Shown here: in pieces, positions 22,935 through 36,318 of the stretch
Position numbering within the stretch: the stretch's first letter is position 1
Layout of the letters: each line of letters opens with the position of its first letter
From: Octopus bimaculoides
Taxonomy: Eukaryota
DNA length: 64,000 nt
NCBI RefSeq assembly: GCF_001194135.2
Contig: NC_068986.1
Span: forward strand, 41,442,965-41,506,964
Direction: 5' to 3'
Program-made: the position numbers and the translations under genes
Notes under the pieces: generated by a model
The model's database searches: none
Seen by the model: the letters and a program-made list of their open reading frames with translations, nothing else
Told to the model about the DNA's origin: nothing

Positions 22935-25023
22935 CAGGGGTTCCCAACCTGGTCCATATAGACCACAGGAAAATGTAGGTCCACAGGAAAATCCAGGTAG
23001 TCCACAGGAAAATTCAGATGGTCCATGGAAAATTTTCTGTGGTTCACCTGAAGAATTAAAATTTTTCCCTACATGCACAAGTCATGCAAACAAAATATGC
23101 CTCATCACATATGCGTGAGCATATACGAGTGCACTCCTTGCTTATTGGATGATTAGCTATCCAATCATACATGGACATGTACCAGACAGGTACAGATGTG
23201 TACAACCGAATACAGGTTTGTGCGCATTAAAAACACACAAAAACTTGTGTGTTCTCAGCCGGTCAACGCAATCGTGTTTTCTACCTGACTTTTGAATTGA
23301 GGATTATTAATGAAACCGCAGTCCTTACAGCTTATCCAACATATCATATTATCTCTCCAGGTACATACATTTTTACACAAGTGTTAGTCTAATTGTAATC
23401 TGTAGAAATTTTGCTGTCAATGATATGGAAAAATGTTCCCTTAATTCTCTGTCCACAAACTCAGAAAAAAGATTCTGATCACAAAGATTATGTCAAATAT
23501 GGTTTTGTATCCAGTGCAGAAGATCTTTTTTTACCACAGTGTATTATCTGCTCAAAAGTATTAACTTACAACTCAATGAAACCCTCGCAATTGTTGTATC
23601 ATCTACAAAAAAATCCATCTTGGTTTATTTGGCAAGCCAAAGGAGTACTTCGAAGAATACTATTGCAAAAGAAATGTCTCATCTTCATCGCTCAAAAATT
23701 TCCTCATCCATACTAACAACCATTCTGGTCTGCAGGCATCCTATAACATTTTGCTGATGATAGCAAAACAGGGTTGCCCACATATCATTGGCGAAGGTCT
23801 GATTAGGCCCTTCATACTTGAAGCATATAAAGTTGCTAATGTGCCAAATGCTGCCTCAGTTTTAGCAAGTATTCCACTTTCAAACAACACTGTATCTGCC
23901 CGCATTTGTGAAATGACTGAAGATGTTGAGTCCATAGTTGTAGAAGACTTGTGACACTGCAGATTCTCGTTCTGATGGTGGATGACAGCACTTTTGACAA
24001 CAAATGTGTTGTACTTGCCTTTGCTCACTATATGAAAGGTGCCACAGTTTGTGAAAGCCTACTCTTTATGAAGACTATACTGAAAAACATAGGAGAGACG
24101 ATCTACAATGCTGTCATGGATTATCTTGCTAAAAATGGCATTGATCCCCTCGACCTCATATCAATATGCACTGACGGAGCACCGTCTATGGTAAATCCCA
24201 GGGTTTTGTTGCCGGTTGGATTGAATTTAATCCTGTCATTCATTGCATTCTCCATCGAGAAAACCTGATAGCAAAAAGAATCAGAAATAATATATTTTCT
24301 GAAACCCTAGACTTAATTGCTTCTGCAGTAAAAAAAAAATCAAAGATCTGCTCATCAAGACAAGCATTTTCAAGAAGCTTGTAAAAGACGACATGCTCGA
24401 CTGTCTGTTGTATTCCACAGATATACACTAGCTATCAATGGAAAGTTGTCTCGGACGTTTTGTGGCCCTTTTTGATAAAGTCATAGAGTTTCTTCAACAG
24501 ACTGATCCAGCTATGATAGCATCACTTTCTCAGAAAAACCTGTAATTTTTTATTTACATGAAACCTTTCAAAAACTTAATGATCTCAATATTTCTTTACA
24601 AAAGCAAAACATCAACATTGTACAAGCCAGACACTTGATAAGGGCGTTTGTGAATAAACTTGTTCTTTGGAAACTTCAAATTAAAGTTCATAACTTTCTG
24701 CAGTTCATGAACTTAAAAACTGTTGTGGTAGATAACAACTTGTACAAATATATAATCGGGTATCTATCTTTCCTTCACGAAAACTTCAATATTCGTTTTG
24801 AAGATCTTTTGGCTTTAAATATCTCAATTTTTATGGACTCTCTTTACACAATGTCTATGAACGATATACTTGTTCAACCAGAATGCGTTCAGATGGAGCT
24901 ATGTGAGGCAACGGTAGATGATAATCTGCGCAAATCATCTGAAAACAACTGGGTCAAGGCTTGGTTGAATCATTCTTACAAATATCCAAAGCTGTTTGAA
25001 CAAGTTGAGCCTTTTATTATAAA
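22935..25023 (+). mobile_element. Buster/Charlie-type hAT transposon, decayed, right end missing
   Basis: Left TIR CAGGGGTTCCCAACCT, subterminal CCACAGGAAAAT x3, BED finger PQCIICSKVL..SMKPSQL, IPLSNNTVSARICEM, ICTDGAPSM. Ends abruptly at the Helitron-end junction. Confidence 0.9.
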
Positions 25024-26325
25024 CTAGCAGTATAGCAAGGCGTTGCCCGGGATTAAGCTAGGATTATGAAGTGATCAAGTGCTTTATTTCAAACCAAAAT
25101 AAGTAACATTGACATCAGATTTNNNNNNNNNNTGCTTTATTTCAAACCAAAATAAGTAACATTGACATCAGATTTGCGCTGAATCCGTTGAAATTGGTTG
25201 GCTGAAAATGGTTTGCTGGCAATTTGATTGTGCGTATGTGCATCCGTAGATCTCTAATGAAGTAATACGCAGAAAAGAGAAGCCGTCATAAGAAAACCTT
25301 ACGTTAAAAATAATATGCACACGATTTTTTTTCTCAATAGAAGTAAATTCCAAAGTAAACGTTTCTAGTAGACAAGTAGAAGAGAACAGAAGCAGCGTAT
25401 TACTTCATTAAAAATCTACGGATGCACATACGCACATAATAGAGAAAAATGAAACAATTATGGACGACTTGCTCCGAAACACCACCGAGTGGGGAACACT
25501 TCTCAAAAATAACCTGCATTTGTTTCCTTCAAAATTCCTACATGCTCGAAATGTACATACATCAAGGTATATTTGTAGAAAATTTCACGAAAAAATATTC
25601 ATTTTCCTGGAAGTTAAGAAGANNNNNNNNNNTTCCTACATGCTCGAAATGTACATACATCAAGGTATATTTGTAGAAAATTTCACGAAAAAATATTCAT
25701 TTTCCTGGAAGTTAAGAAGAATTTAAGTGGACTCTGTTGGAATTTCCGAAAATTGTCCCCCACCCCCATTCCAAAACACTTTCACCGGAAATTTTTGTAT
25801 ATTCGGAATCTACATAATAAATACTATATGCATAGAAAATTTAATTAACAAATATTCATTTTTCTGAAAGTTATGACCTTCCAAAATCTGGGGGGTACAA
25901 CTCTGTAGTTATGCCGTCCTTATTTTCCATCTCTGTATGTTGGTTCATTCAATTAGAAAATAAAACCCAATGACGATGTAATTAGCAACTAGCACATTTG
26001 GTTTCTTAGTTTTTGTTTGCTTTTTTGTTTAAATTCTTTACTTGACTGTTATATTTCTTACGAAGAGTGAAATAATGTTTTCCATATTCTTAATCTCCGT
26101 ATTTTCCCCGTACAGTGAAAAATAGATGGTGAAAAGATCAATGTGTGTGTGGGGAGTGGATTTCCGAGGCTGAAAATGTAAAATGCTTTTTTTTCTTCTT
26201 AAACATTAGATATAATTTCAAAAACGGGGTTTTGTAGCATATTTCTTACGTAGAGAATCTGCATTCTTAATTTTTAAATTTTATTATATTATTTTATTCA
26301 TTTTTTCTCTCTCCCAATTTACAAA

Positions 26326-26850
26326 ATGCCACCTAAGAAAAGAATCTGTCTCGGGCGTCGAACGGCTGCTGCATTGGCACAGAGGGCTAGAAGGGTCAAT
26401 GAGACTTCTCAAGAAAGTAATTTGCGATTGGCTCAAACCTCTTTGCATGCTTTGAGCAGGAGAGTCACTGAAAGTGACGACGAAAGAGCCATGCAATTAC
26501 AAAGGAGGAAGTCGTACGACTGTTCGGTGCGTTTTCAAGAAATGAGCTCAGCTCGATCTGCTCGCAATTCAAAAAACGCTGCTGCCACTGCCAATGCAAA
26601 GAGCAACTGAAACAGCTGAACAACGAGCAATACACAATTCAAAGAATGCTGCTGCCACTGCCAAAGCAAGAGCCTCCGAGACTGTCGAACAACGGGCAGC
26701 ACGCAATTCTAAGAATGCTGCTGCCACTGCCAATTCAAGAGCCTCCAAGACTGCAAAACCACGAGCAGTCCGAAATTCGCAAAACACTGCTGCCATTACT
26801 ACTACGCTATCTGCTGAAACTCCTCCACAGAAATATGGTAGGCTACAGAG
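26326..26850 (+). pseudogene. Helitron RepHel N-terminus with 23-aa tandem repeats (frameshifted)
   Basis: MPPKKRICLGRRT start; 69-bp units ETxEQRAxRNSKNAAATAxxRAS; +1 frameshift near 26600. Confidence 0.7.
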
Positions 26851-27674
26851 GAACTTGCTAAGATTCGTCGTGAGAAACAAATTGTGCTAGCTGTTGCATC
26901 CTCGGGAATCGCTGCTACGTTATTGCCAGGAGGTAGGACGGCGCACTCGGCATTCAAGCTGTCTTTGGATTTGGTGAGGGCCGAGGTTCCTACTTGCAAT
27001 ATTAGCAAAAATTCAGAGGAAGCTGAAGTTCTTAGACAGTGCCGTCTCATTGTATGGGACGAATGCACAATGGCCAATAAGGGTGCCCTTGAGGCACTGG
27101 ACCGGTCACTGAAAGATATCAGGGATTCTACAGCTTCTATGGGTGGTGTAACTCTATTGCTTTCAGGAGATTTCCGACAAACCCTTCCTGTCATCCCTAA
27201 AGGAACCAGGGCTGATGAAGTGCGTGCATGCCTTAAGTCATTCACGTTGTGGCCCCAGGTTAAGATGTTAAGCCTAAGCACAAACATGCGTGTGCACTTG
27301 CTTGGTGATAGCACGTCTGCAGCATTTACTGAAGACATTTTAGCGCTTGGAGAAGGCAAGGTCCCTAGGAATGATAAGGGCGACATATCCATCTCTGAAC
27401 TGTGCAACACAGTGGACAACCCTTCTGATCTTTTGGAAACAGTGTTCCCCAATCTGGAAAGTAACTATGCAGACATCAATTGGCTCAGTGAAAGAACTAT
27501 CCTGGCCCCCAAAAATGTAGCTGTCAGTGCTATCAATGACCAGCTCATAAGCCGAATTCCGGGTGAGGAGTGCATCTACAAATCGATTGACCGGACCTGT
27601 GACCCCCAAGACATTGTCAATCACCCTATCGAGTTTCTCAACTCATAAGAGCCAGCAGGGCTTCCACCTCACAT
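26842..27674 (+). pseudogene. Helitron PIF1-like helicase fragment
   Basis: LAVASSGIAATLLPGGRTAHSAFKL, LIVWDECTM, LLSGDFRQTLPVIP, LSTNMRV, ILAPKN. Walker A and Rep domain absent. Runs into the gap at 27675. Confidence 0.95.
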
Positions 27675-30289
27675 NNNNNNNNNNNNNNNNNNNNNNNNNN
27701 NNNNNNNNNNNNNNNNNNNNNNNNNNNNNNNNNNNNNNNNNNNNNNNNNNNNNNNNNNNNNNNNNNNNNNNNNNNNNNNNNNNNNNNNNNNNNNNNNNNN
27801 NNNNNNNNNNNNNNNNNNNNNNNNNNNNNNNNNNNNNNNNNNNNNNNNNNNNNNNNNNNNNNNNNNNNNNNNNNNNNNNNNNNNNNNNNNNNNNNNNNNN
27901 NNNNNNNNNNNNNNNNNNNNNNNNNNNNNNNNNNNNNNNNNNNNNNNNNNNNNNNNNNNNNNNNNNNNNNNNNNNNNNNNNNNNNNNNNNNNNNNNNNNN
28001 NNNNNNNNNNNNNNNNNNNNNNNNNNNNNNNNNNNNNNNNNNNNNNNNNNNNNNNNNNNNNNNNNNNNNNNNNNNNNNNNNNNNNNNNNNNNNNNNNNNN
28101 NNNNNNNNNNNNNNNNNNNNNNNNNNNNNNNNNNNNNNNNNNNNNNNNNNNNNNNNNNNNNNNNNNNNNNNNNNNNNNNNNNNNNNNNNNNNNNNNNNNN
28201 NNNNNNNNNNNNNNNNNNNNNNNNNNNNNNNNNNNNNNNNNNNNNNNNNNNNNNNNNNNNNNNNNNNNNNNNNNNNNNNNNNNNNNNNNNNNNNNNNNNN
28301 NNNNNNNNNNAGATCCCCAATGCAAACATTCAGATCAACATTCTCTTATGCAGATCTCTAATGCAACTTTAAAAAAGCAGTCAATGAGTGGAAATAACCA
28401 ATAAACTGATTCCTTATGGGATTTCACAATCAAATTGCCAGCAAACCATTTTCAGCCAACCAATTTCAACGGATTCAGCGCAAATCTGATGTCAATGTTA
28501 CTTATTTTGATTTGAAATAAAGCACTTGATCACTTCATAATCCTAGCTTAATCCCGGGCAACGCCTTGCTATACTGCTAGTATATATATATATTATTTAA
28601 AAGAGTTCCAACTCTGTCTGTTTTTTATGTTTTATTTATATTCTTATAAAATTAATGTGGGATATAGAATATGGAATATATAATATAAATAGTAAAATGA
28701 AATGATGTATTGAATGTCTTATTGAATAAATGAAATATGGAGTATTAAATATATAAGGACTAATATACTTTCCTGCTTTATAGCAGATAATTGGCAGTTA
28801 GTGACACTACTTGTATTTTCCATTCATGTTTACCACATTAATCACAGTTATGGGAGTGTGGTTAAGCAGCATGGTTCCCAATCAAAAGTTCTTAGGTTCT
28901 AGTCTACTGGCTGGTACTTTGGGAGTGGTCATTAAATAATGAGACAATGCTGATAACTGTTTGACCAATTCTACCTACTACAGGACAAAGGGAGCCTTTA
29001 CATGAGTGCTTGAATTGCTAGAAAATGCAGCCAAATTTCTCTTAAGTGCCCTCACCTGTCTTAATTCTCTCCTAAAGATGACAAAAGAAATTCTACACTT
29101 AGTTCTAAAAAGAAGGGTCACAGCTGAGCTGGAATCCATTTGGATTCTGGAATTAAGCAACAACACAACATTTTGTTTATTGCATTGATTAAACTACTAT
29201 ATTGTTCCCACACAACAAGATTTCAATATTGATATTTGCGACTTTGCAGTATGTTATTGGATGTTGATAAAAAGAACTTGATTAAACCATGGGAAAGTAT
29301 GAATATTCATAAATTTACTAGTTATACAACATACACATAACAAGGCTGCGAGGTTACAGAACTGAAATTCATATAACCCACTGACCTGATTGTCAAATGT
29401 TCTTTGTATAGTGCTTTATCATAAGAATTTTATTGCAAGCCGCTGCAGTAAGAAAAAGAACTCTGGAAGAAGTTCAGGGAATTATTATCTCAAATGTATA
29501 CAAAGGGCATTTCTCATTGAAGAAAAGGGCAGGCTGTATGACAACTGAGTGCAAAGTGTGAAATTGCTAGTTAGCACATGAGCACCCAATGTAGGGAAAG
29601 AGTAAGATTGGAAAATGAGATAACCATTCTCTGCAAAATGTTTAATGTCAACATTATTGAACAATGAAGAACAGAGAAACCAAGAGAAAACGTAAGAATT
29701 TGGGCTATCAATTATAGTGACTATGGAAAGAAAACTGGGCTTGTATAGAAATGTGACGCATACAAAGAATGGTAGTTGAGTAAAAAGTGTCAAATGATGC
29801 AAAATAAAGGAGCCTGCAGAAGAGGAAGCTCAAAGACATAGGAAGAAGTGAAATCTGATCTCAGAAATCTGATCACAAAAATGATGATAAAAGAATCTAA
29901 ATGGTGAAGCATTTCTGCCCAATCCATATCAGAATGGAAAAGTGGATACAAAAATTACTGGTGTAAGTTCACATGGTAACCATGTGGTTCTTGGTCTGAT
30001 TCCACTAAATGGCTCATAGGACATGTGTTTTCTACCACAGCCCTGCTTTGATCAATACTTTGTAACTGAAATTTGGTAGATGAAAGCTGTGAGGAGGCCC
30101 ATTGAGGTGCCCTAGAGTAGAACTAGCAAAGACGAAAATTTGAACAGGATCTTGCTGCCATCTGGAAAGTGGACATGCATCATTTACTGGGAAGTAGTTG
30201 GTAAGAATTCCTAATAGTATATCTAGTGTAAAATATGGGTATACAAGAGGTGTTGTAGCATCAGAGAAACACTCTCAGCCTTACTTTGT

Positions 30290-30760
30290 GAATGAAAACT
30301 GTAGTTAACAGTAAGGGCTGCATTGAAATAAATTCTTCCAAATATTCGGAAGGTTCCCTAGACATAGTTGATAGCTTCTGCTATGTAAATGACCCAGTTA
30401 GCAATAGAAATGGGTGGTCTGAAAGCATGATGGCCAGCGAAAGAAGTGGATGGGAAAAGTTTGGGAAGCTATTAACTCTGCTAGCAATAAAGGTATTTTC
30501 CCTCTAAATAAAAAAAAAAGCTTGCATGGTATTTCCATATAAAGTGAAATGATATGTGGTAGTAAAACATCAGTATTGAATATAAAGGATGTGTAAAGAC
30601 TGGAAAGAAATGATGTAAACATGCATATGATGTTTGTGTGCATGAACAATGGACCACAAGCAAGCTGAGAGAAGACAAATCCAGGTATAAGAGGAATTAA
30701 ATGTGTGTAAGAGAAAAGACTGAGCTGGCAAGGCCATGTAATGCATGTAAAAGATTACCT
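30290..30760 (+). mobile_element. Old RTE LINE ORF2 C-terminal fragment
   Basis: SLDIVDSFCYVND...SGWEKFGKLLTLLAIKVFSL parallels the copy at 62500-62660. Confidence 0.7.
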
Positions 30761-31789
30761 TTGTAATCAGATCTTTTAAAATATGTATCTCCAATAGACT
30801 GTGCCCTCTAATATAGTATCAGAGACTTTAGAATACCATTACTGACCTAAATGGCTTTACTGTGATATGATTGTTATATGTTTATTTCTTCCCAGTTATC
30901 TTTCCCTAAACCAAATGACAACACCGCTTAATTATTTGATGAAGGGCAAAGGCCTGAAATATTAAGCTCTTCACTGGGCTTATCAAATTCTTCCATGAAA
31001 TTTCCTGACTATTGTATTTTCTGGAATACAAGTTGAATTTTTCAGTTCAAAAATTACTGCCAGAAAAAATAGGTTCATTTATAAATCAAGACAACTTTGG
31101 AGAATCAAAAATACCATGTGAAATGTTGCAGAATTTGGAAAAATTGTGACAATGGTAGAATGTTTACATTATATTCTTTGTTAACTTGTATACTGGAAAA
31201 TATGGTAATTGCTGACAACACAGATCAACACCATTTCCTTGGATTCCAAATGTTGTCTTATTTCTCTTCAAGATTAGCTATCAACTGATATTAAGAATAG
31301 CTGTTGGTTAATCCATATTTATTCTCTTAATTATAAAGATATTATCTAAGAGAGCTGGCATGAATACGCTTCAAAAGGGTTTCCTAATATAACCAAGACA
31401 TCAAGGATGAATTTAATGCTTAATAGAGATCAGGAATTTTACATTCGATTCTTTATCCTTTTTATGGTCACCACTTGACCATTGTTACAAAGTTTGCTAT
31501 GCATTTACATAGGATTCATGTTCAATCCTATTATAAAACATCATAGATAAAGGTCAACCAACGCAATGTTAAATTTGGCAGACAAAATCAGTAGAAGACT
31601 GTTGGAAGCATTTCTGTTCATGTACAGTAGACCTAATCTGACATCCAATTTAATGTAACCACTTGGTTTAGGAGGCCTTTAACAAAATCATGAAAGTACA
31701 AGACTGGATTATGTCTTAAACCAGTAGATAACTTCCTTCTTTGAAGAAACCGTTACAAATATATATTATATGTATACATAGAGTAATAC

Positions 31790-31930
31790 AGTTCTATATT
31801 TGAGAGATGAGGAATTATGCACATTATTTACATTTGACGGATATTTGTCCTCACCTTGTTTGTTGCTAACACAATGTTTTGGCTGATATACCCTCCAGCC
31901 TTCATCAGGTGTCTTGGGGAAATTTCAAAC
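31790..31930 (-). mobile_element. Penelope-like terminal-repeat fragment
   Basis: Minus strand cctgatgaaggctggagggtatatcagccaaaacattg resembles Penelope termini. Confidence 0.4.
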
Positions 31931-31958
31931 AAATGTAAATGTAAATAATGTATATATA

Positions 31959-32835
31959 CAGGGTGCGGTGAATAAACTATCGTCTAAATTACACAAAAAT
32001 GAAAATAACACTGACATCTCATTTTAAAAGACATATTCACACCAAAATTACATAAAAATATCTTGAAATACTAAAGAGTAAATTCATTCAATAAAATCCC
32101 CATTGGCTTCAATCACGGCCTCCAGACAACTTTGGAATTTCTTGCAACTCTTCTGGCTGGTCTCCTTGTTTAAGTTGGTGAATGATGCCATAATCCTTGC
32201 CTTCAGTTCAGCTTTGGTGTTATAAAGAGTTTTGTTGGTTTCTTGCTCAACTGTGCCCTACAAATAATAATCAAAGGGGCTGCAGCGGGGGGAGTTAGGT
32301 GGCCAGATGTTAAGGGTGATGTGGTCACAGAAATTACCTGACAGCCATGACTGGGCTCTCCTACTTGTATGGCATGGTGCAGAGTCCTGTTACCAGACAC
32401 ATGGTATTCCAGCAGCCACCTTCTTAACCCAGGGCAGCAGTACCTCCTCCAGGCACTTAATGTAGGCCTCCATGTTGAGTCTGAGGCCATGTGGGAAGAT
32501 GAATGGAGGTATAATGTTGCCATCACTAGTGATCACTTCAAACACCATGATGTTGACTGGATGTTTGATTTTTATCATTCTTGGTACATGCACTGTCCTC
32601 AGATTGACACTCAAATACTCTGAAGTGTTTGTATTGGAGCTTCCAGTGTGAATAGCAAGCAGTACAGCATGTTGTTTCCAAATTTCTGGCAGGAGGAATT
32701 GTGTCATGGTGCTGTTTTTCTCACAGATGGTGCCCAACTGACCCTACTATACAGTGTAGTCAAGAGAATCAAAAACAAACAATGCACAAGTGCAAAATTA
32801 AAAATATAAAATGACAATTTACCCATCCTACCCTG
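31959..32835 (-). mobile_element. Deleted maT (DD37D) transposon
   Basis: TA|CAGGGT termini. IKIKHPVNIMVFEVITSDG..PPFIFPHGLRLN and IWPPNSP..SPFDY-type motifs. Same family as 43481-44662. Confidence 0.85.
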
Positions 32836-32845
32836 TATATATATA

Positions 32846-33255
32846 CCGTAAATCCTCAAGTATAATCCGCACTTTTTCACAAAATTTAAGGGTCAAAATT
32901 TCTAGAGCGTGCTATATATGAGGTTAAAAATGAAAAATATTTTCTAAGTGATAAATATGTAAAGGCAATTTACTTACTATTTATTTTTCACTGACGTTAT
33001 TACTGTTATTTCTTTATTTTCTGCAAACAAAGTGCACAAAAAAGCTACACGTTTGCATTATGTTATATATACAATAATGATAAAGGACGTTACCGTATAT
33101 ACGTTTACAAACCAAGGACGTTATATAGACCTCCCTGACTCAAATTAGAGAAGGGGTGCGTATTATACACAAGGTTTAGGTTTTTCAGAGGTTCAGCCCC
33201 CTAAAAATCCTCTGCGTATTATACTCAAGGGCAGACTATACTTGAGGATTTACGG
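32846..33255. mobile_element. pogo/Tigger-like MITE
   Basis: Perfect 19-bp TIR CCGTAAATCCTCAAGTATA, TA TSD. Confidence 0.9.
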
Positions 33256-35382
33256 TATGTATATTTATATAATTTGCAATGTGCTGTTGCTCACCAGCCA
33301 ATATTTGCAGTAGTCAAAAACAGAAACTTATATCTTGATTCAATAATATAAATTTTGATTGAGACAATCCAGAACTCAAGCCCAAATTTCTAGTGTAACT
33401 TCTAGTTACCATTTCCTGGTTCTCTGGCTCATTTGTTCTTATGTATCTTTTCCTATGTTTGTATCGCTCAGATGAATGTATATTGTGAAAGAAGTGTTTT
33501 ACACTCCTTCCTACTGCTAAGTCTTGTTTTTCAAGTGAGTTTTTCACTCCACACATTTTCAAAAGCACAAAGCTACAAATAATTTGTTGGCAGGGAAATG
33601 ATGCTGGACAGCATCAACTGTGGGTCCATTTGATCAAAGATTGTAAACATTCTGATAATCATGTATATTTTATTTATATTGTTTATTGAAGCTAAATGCT
33701 TATCTTGTCACACAGGTTTCACACCATTGTAATCTTCAGACCAGGACTTGGTTTTTGGATGTATGTTTATATTTATTAGTGTGGTCTCTTGTGCTTGTTC
33801 ATTAGTTTACATTTAGCTGATTGGCTGTAATTTTCCAGCTTCTTTATTGGTTGCTTTAAGGCATGGTACTTATATTTCTTGTGTGTAGATGTTTTTTAAT
33901 TTCTTAATTCATTATCAATTTATCTGTTAATTTGATTAAAGCTGTTATTTTGTCAAGTTTGTTTTGGTAGGATTTATAAACCTTCCCCATTCACCCATCT
34001 CTCACTTCCCTGTATACTCCTGCAACATCTACTCATACTCTGACTTCCTGTCTCCATTCCTAGTCACCAAGTACCTTGAGCTGCCACTTCATTACCATTA
34101 TTCTGTTTCCAGCTCTACTCAATCCATCAAACACTGTCTTTTAAACATGAGTAGTCATATAACTCTTGCACAGTAAATAACCTGCTGCTCCCTTCCCTTA
34201 AACTTTAACATATCATCTTCCAGCATAACCACCCACCATTGTATTCAAAGTCTTGCATGAGTTGCATTTTTACTTCACTAGTGCAGATGACATGAAAAAT
34301 TCACCCAGTACATGGTGTAAAGTGGTTGGTGTTAGGAAAGGCATCCAGCCATAGTATTTATACTAAAGCAGACAAAGGGGCATGAATCAGTCCTTGGACC
34401 CATCAGATCCTGTCAAATCTTCCAACCCATGCCAGCATGGAACATGGAGTGCAACATAGAAGACACTTGTCTAAGGTGCTGCACAGGCAAAAATGCTGTA
34501 AGCTGGAAAACTTCTTAGTAATGGTGCAATGTTCATGTTCTTTGCAGGGAGCTGTGCAGCTCTTTACAGCAAGGTGATTATCTCCAGCAGGATTTAAGTT
34601 GTTCAGATCATGGACACAGCAGAATGTTAGGGTATGAATTATTGTTGACTATTTGATCAGCAGTTCAAAATTTTTGAGGCTAGTATTGTTTAACTCTGTG
34701 AAACCAGTAGAGTACTTAAAAATTGTTTCTTGGTAAATATTGTTCTTTAAAAGTCAATAAATACTTGAAGAAATGATTGAATAGTGCACAGTACTGCATT
34801 GGATTAACTTAATTGACATAACACAATGATTATCTTTCAAATTGTGTAAGATATTACAACCAATTTCAACTAGTTTGTTTACTGTAGCATATCTTTGTAA
34901 ATTTCTCTTGAATTTTTGATTTCAGATTAGTAGCCAACGTACTCCAGGAAATGTTTCTCTACTTACATAGTCACTTAGTAACATGTTACAAACATATGGC
35001 TTAACTGTTGGATACAATTATTTCTCAGTGTCTCTTATCACATAAAGCCTGATCACTTAAAGTGATCAGGTATTTCATGTATACAGAAAAGCCATTCTAA
35101 TTTATTGCACTTAGTACCAGCACCATCGCAACCACTAACACTTCCATCACCAATTAAGAAGTAGTTAAATCTCCTTCAAATAACACATTATCATCTTAAA
35201 TATGGATGTATTGGAATGTAGATCTTGATGTAGAGAAAAATGAGATGGCCACAGTAGGAACTTCTCGGATTACAGTTCTTTTCAATCAGGACTGACAGTA
35301 ACCTCAACACATGCATCATATAGATAATATCTCGTAGTATAATCTACATAACTGTTCTAGCTTCAGTTAGTTTTGAAACAAA

Positions 35383-35423
<41 letters not shown>

Positions 35424-35424
<1 letters not shown>

Positions 35425-35801
35425 TCTTTTACTTGTTTCAGTCTTTTTTTGCTGGAGCACCGCCTTTAGTTGAGCAAATCAACCCCAGGACTTATTCTTT
35501 AGAAGCCTAGTACTTATTCAATCGGTCTCTTTTGCTGAACCGCTAAGTTACGGGGACATAGATACACCAGCATCGGTTGTCAAGCAATGTTGGGGGGACA
35601 AACACATACACACACACACATATATATACCTATATATATGACGGGCTTCTTTCAGTTTCTGTCTACCAAATCCACTCACAAGGCTTTGGTTGGCTCGAGG
35701 CTATAGTAGAAGACACTTGCCCAAGATGCCACACAATGGGACTGAACCCGAGACCATGTGGTTGGTAAGCAGGCTACTTACCACACAGCCACTCCTATGC
35801 C
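35424..35801 (-). mobile_element. CORE-like SINE family D, near full length
   Basis: tRNA-like head, (cat)cttgggcaagtgtcttctactatagcc core, tail gactgaaacaagtaaaaga. Confidence 0.85.
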
Positions 35802-35896
35802 TATAATATATATATTATCCTAATTTTTTTCTTTAAGCTTTCAGCAAAAAGATGTGTAACCCAAAGAAATTAATTTATGTTATCTTAATTATACGT

Positions 35897-36180
35897 GGAG
35901 GCGCAATGGCCCAGTGGTTAGGGCAGCGGACTCACGGTCGGAGGATCGTGATTTCGATTCCCAGACCGGGCGTTCTGTGTGTTTATTGAGTAAAAACACC
36001 TAAAGCTCTACGAGGCTCCAGCAGGGGGTGGCGGCGACCCCTGTTGTACTCCTTCGCCCCAACTTTCTCTCACTCTTTCTTCCTGTTTCTTGAGTAAAAA
36101 GCTGTGATGGACTGGCGTCCTGTCCAACTAGGGAGGGAACACATACGCCATGGAAACTGAGAAACTGGCCCTATGCTCCA
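35897..36180 (+). mobile_element. tRNA-derived SINE, family A head with an alternative (V-domain-like) 3' part
   Basis: Head colinear with 7748; diverges after ttcctgtttct into gatggactggcgtcctgtcca. Confidence 0.75.
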
Positions 36181-36318
36181 CAAGGAACTTAGAGGATTTC
36201 CAATCTTAATTACACAAATTGTATTCACTATGGGCCGAGGTAATGATTCATCAGGTGGTTGCATAAACACCATGAACAACATCGTGAAAAATAATTCTCA
36301 ACATTGTCAAGTCTAGGT

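Larger units (their letters stand above)
25024..28580 (+). mobile_element. Internally deleted Helitron bounded by inverted copies of its 3' terminus
   Basis: PIF1 helicase ORF, RepHel-like N-terminal repeats, 3' end ...CCCGGGCAACGCC...CTAG|T at 28580, and its reverse complement starting at 25024. Confidence 0.85.

Noticed and set aside
25080-25175. 43-bp direct repeat inside the left Helitron arm
   Set aside because: Flanks a 10-N gap; overlap artefact, removed when measuring the inverted repeat.
25536-25721. Direct repeat of about 88 bp
   Set aside because: Flanks a 10-N gap; overlap artefact.
26569-27624. Minus-strand ORFs (103, 216 and 94 aa)
   Set aside because: Antisense shadows of the Helitron coding sequence.
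27563-28372. ORFs of 218-269 aa
   Set aside because: Mostly X residues from the 636-N gap.
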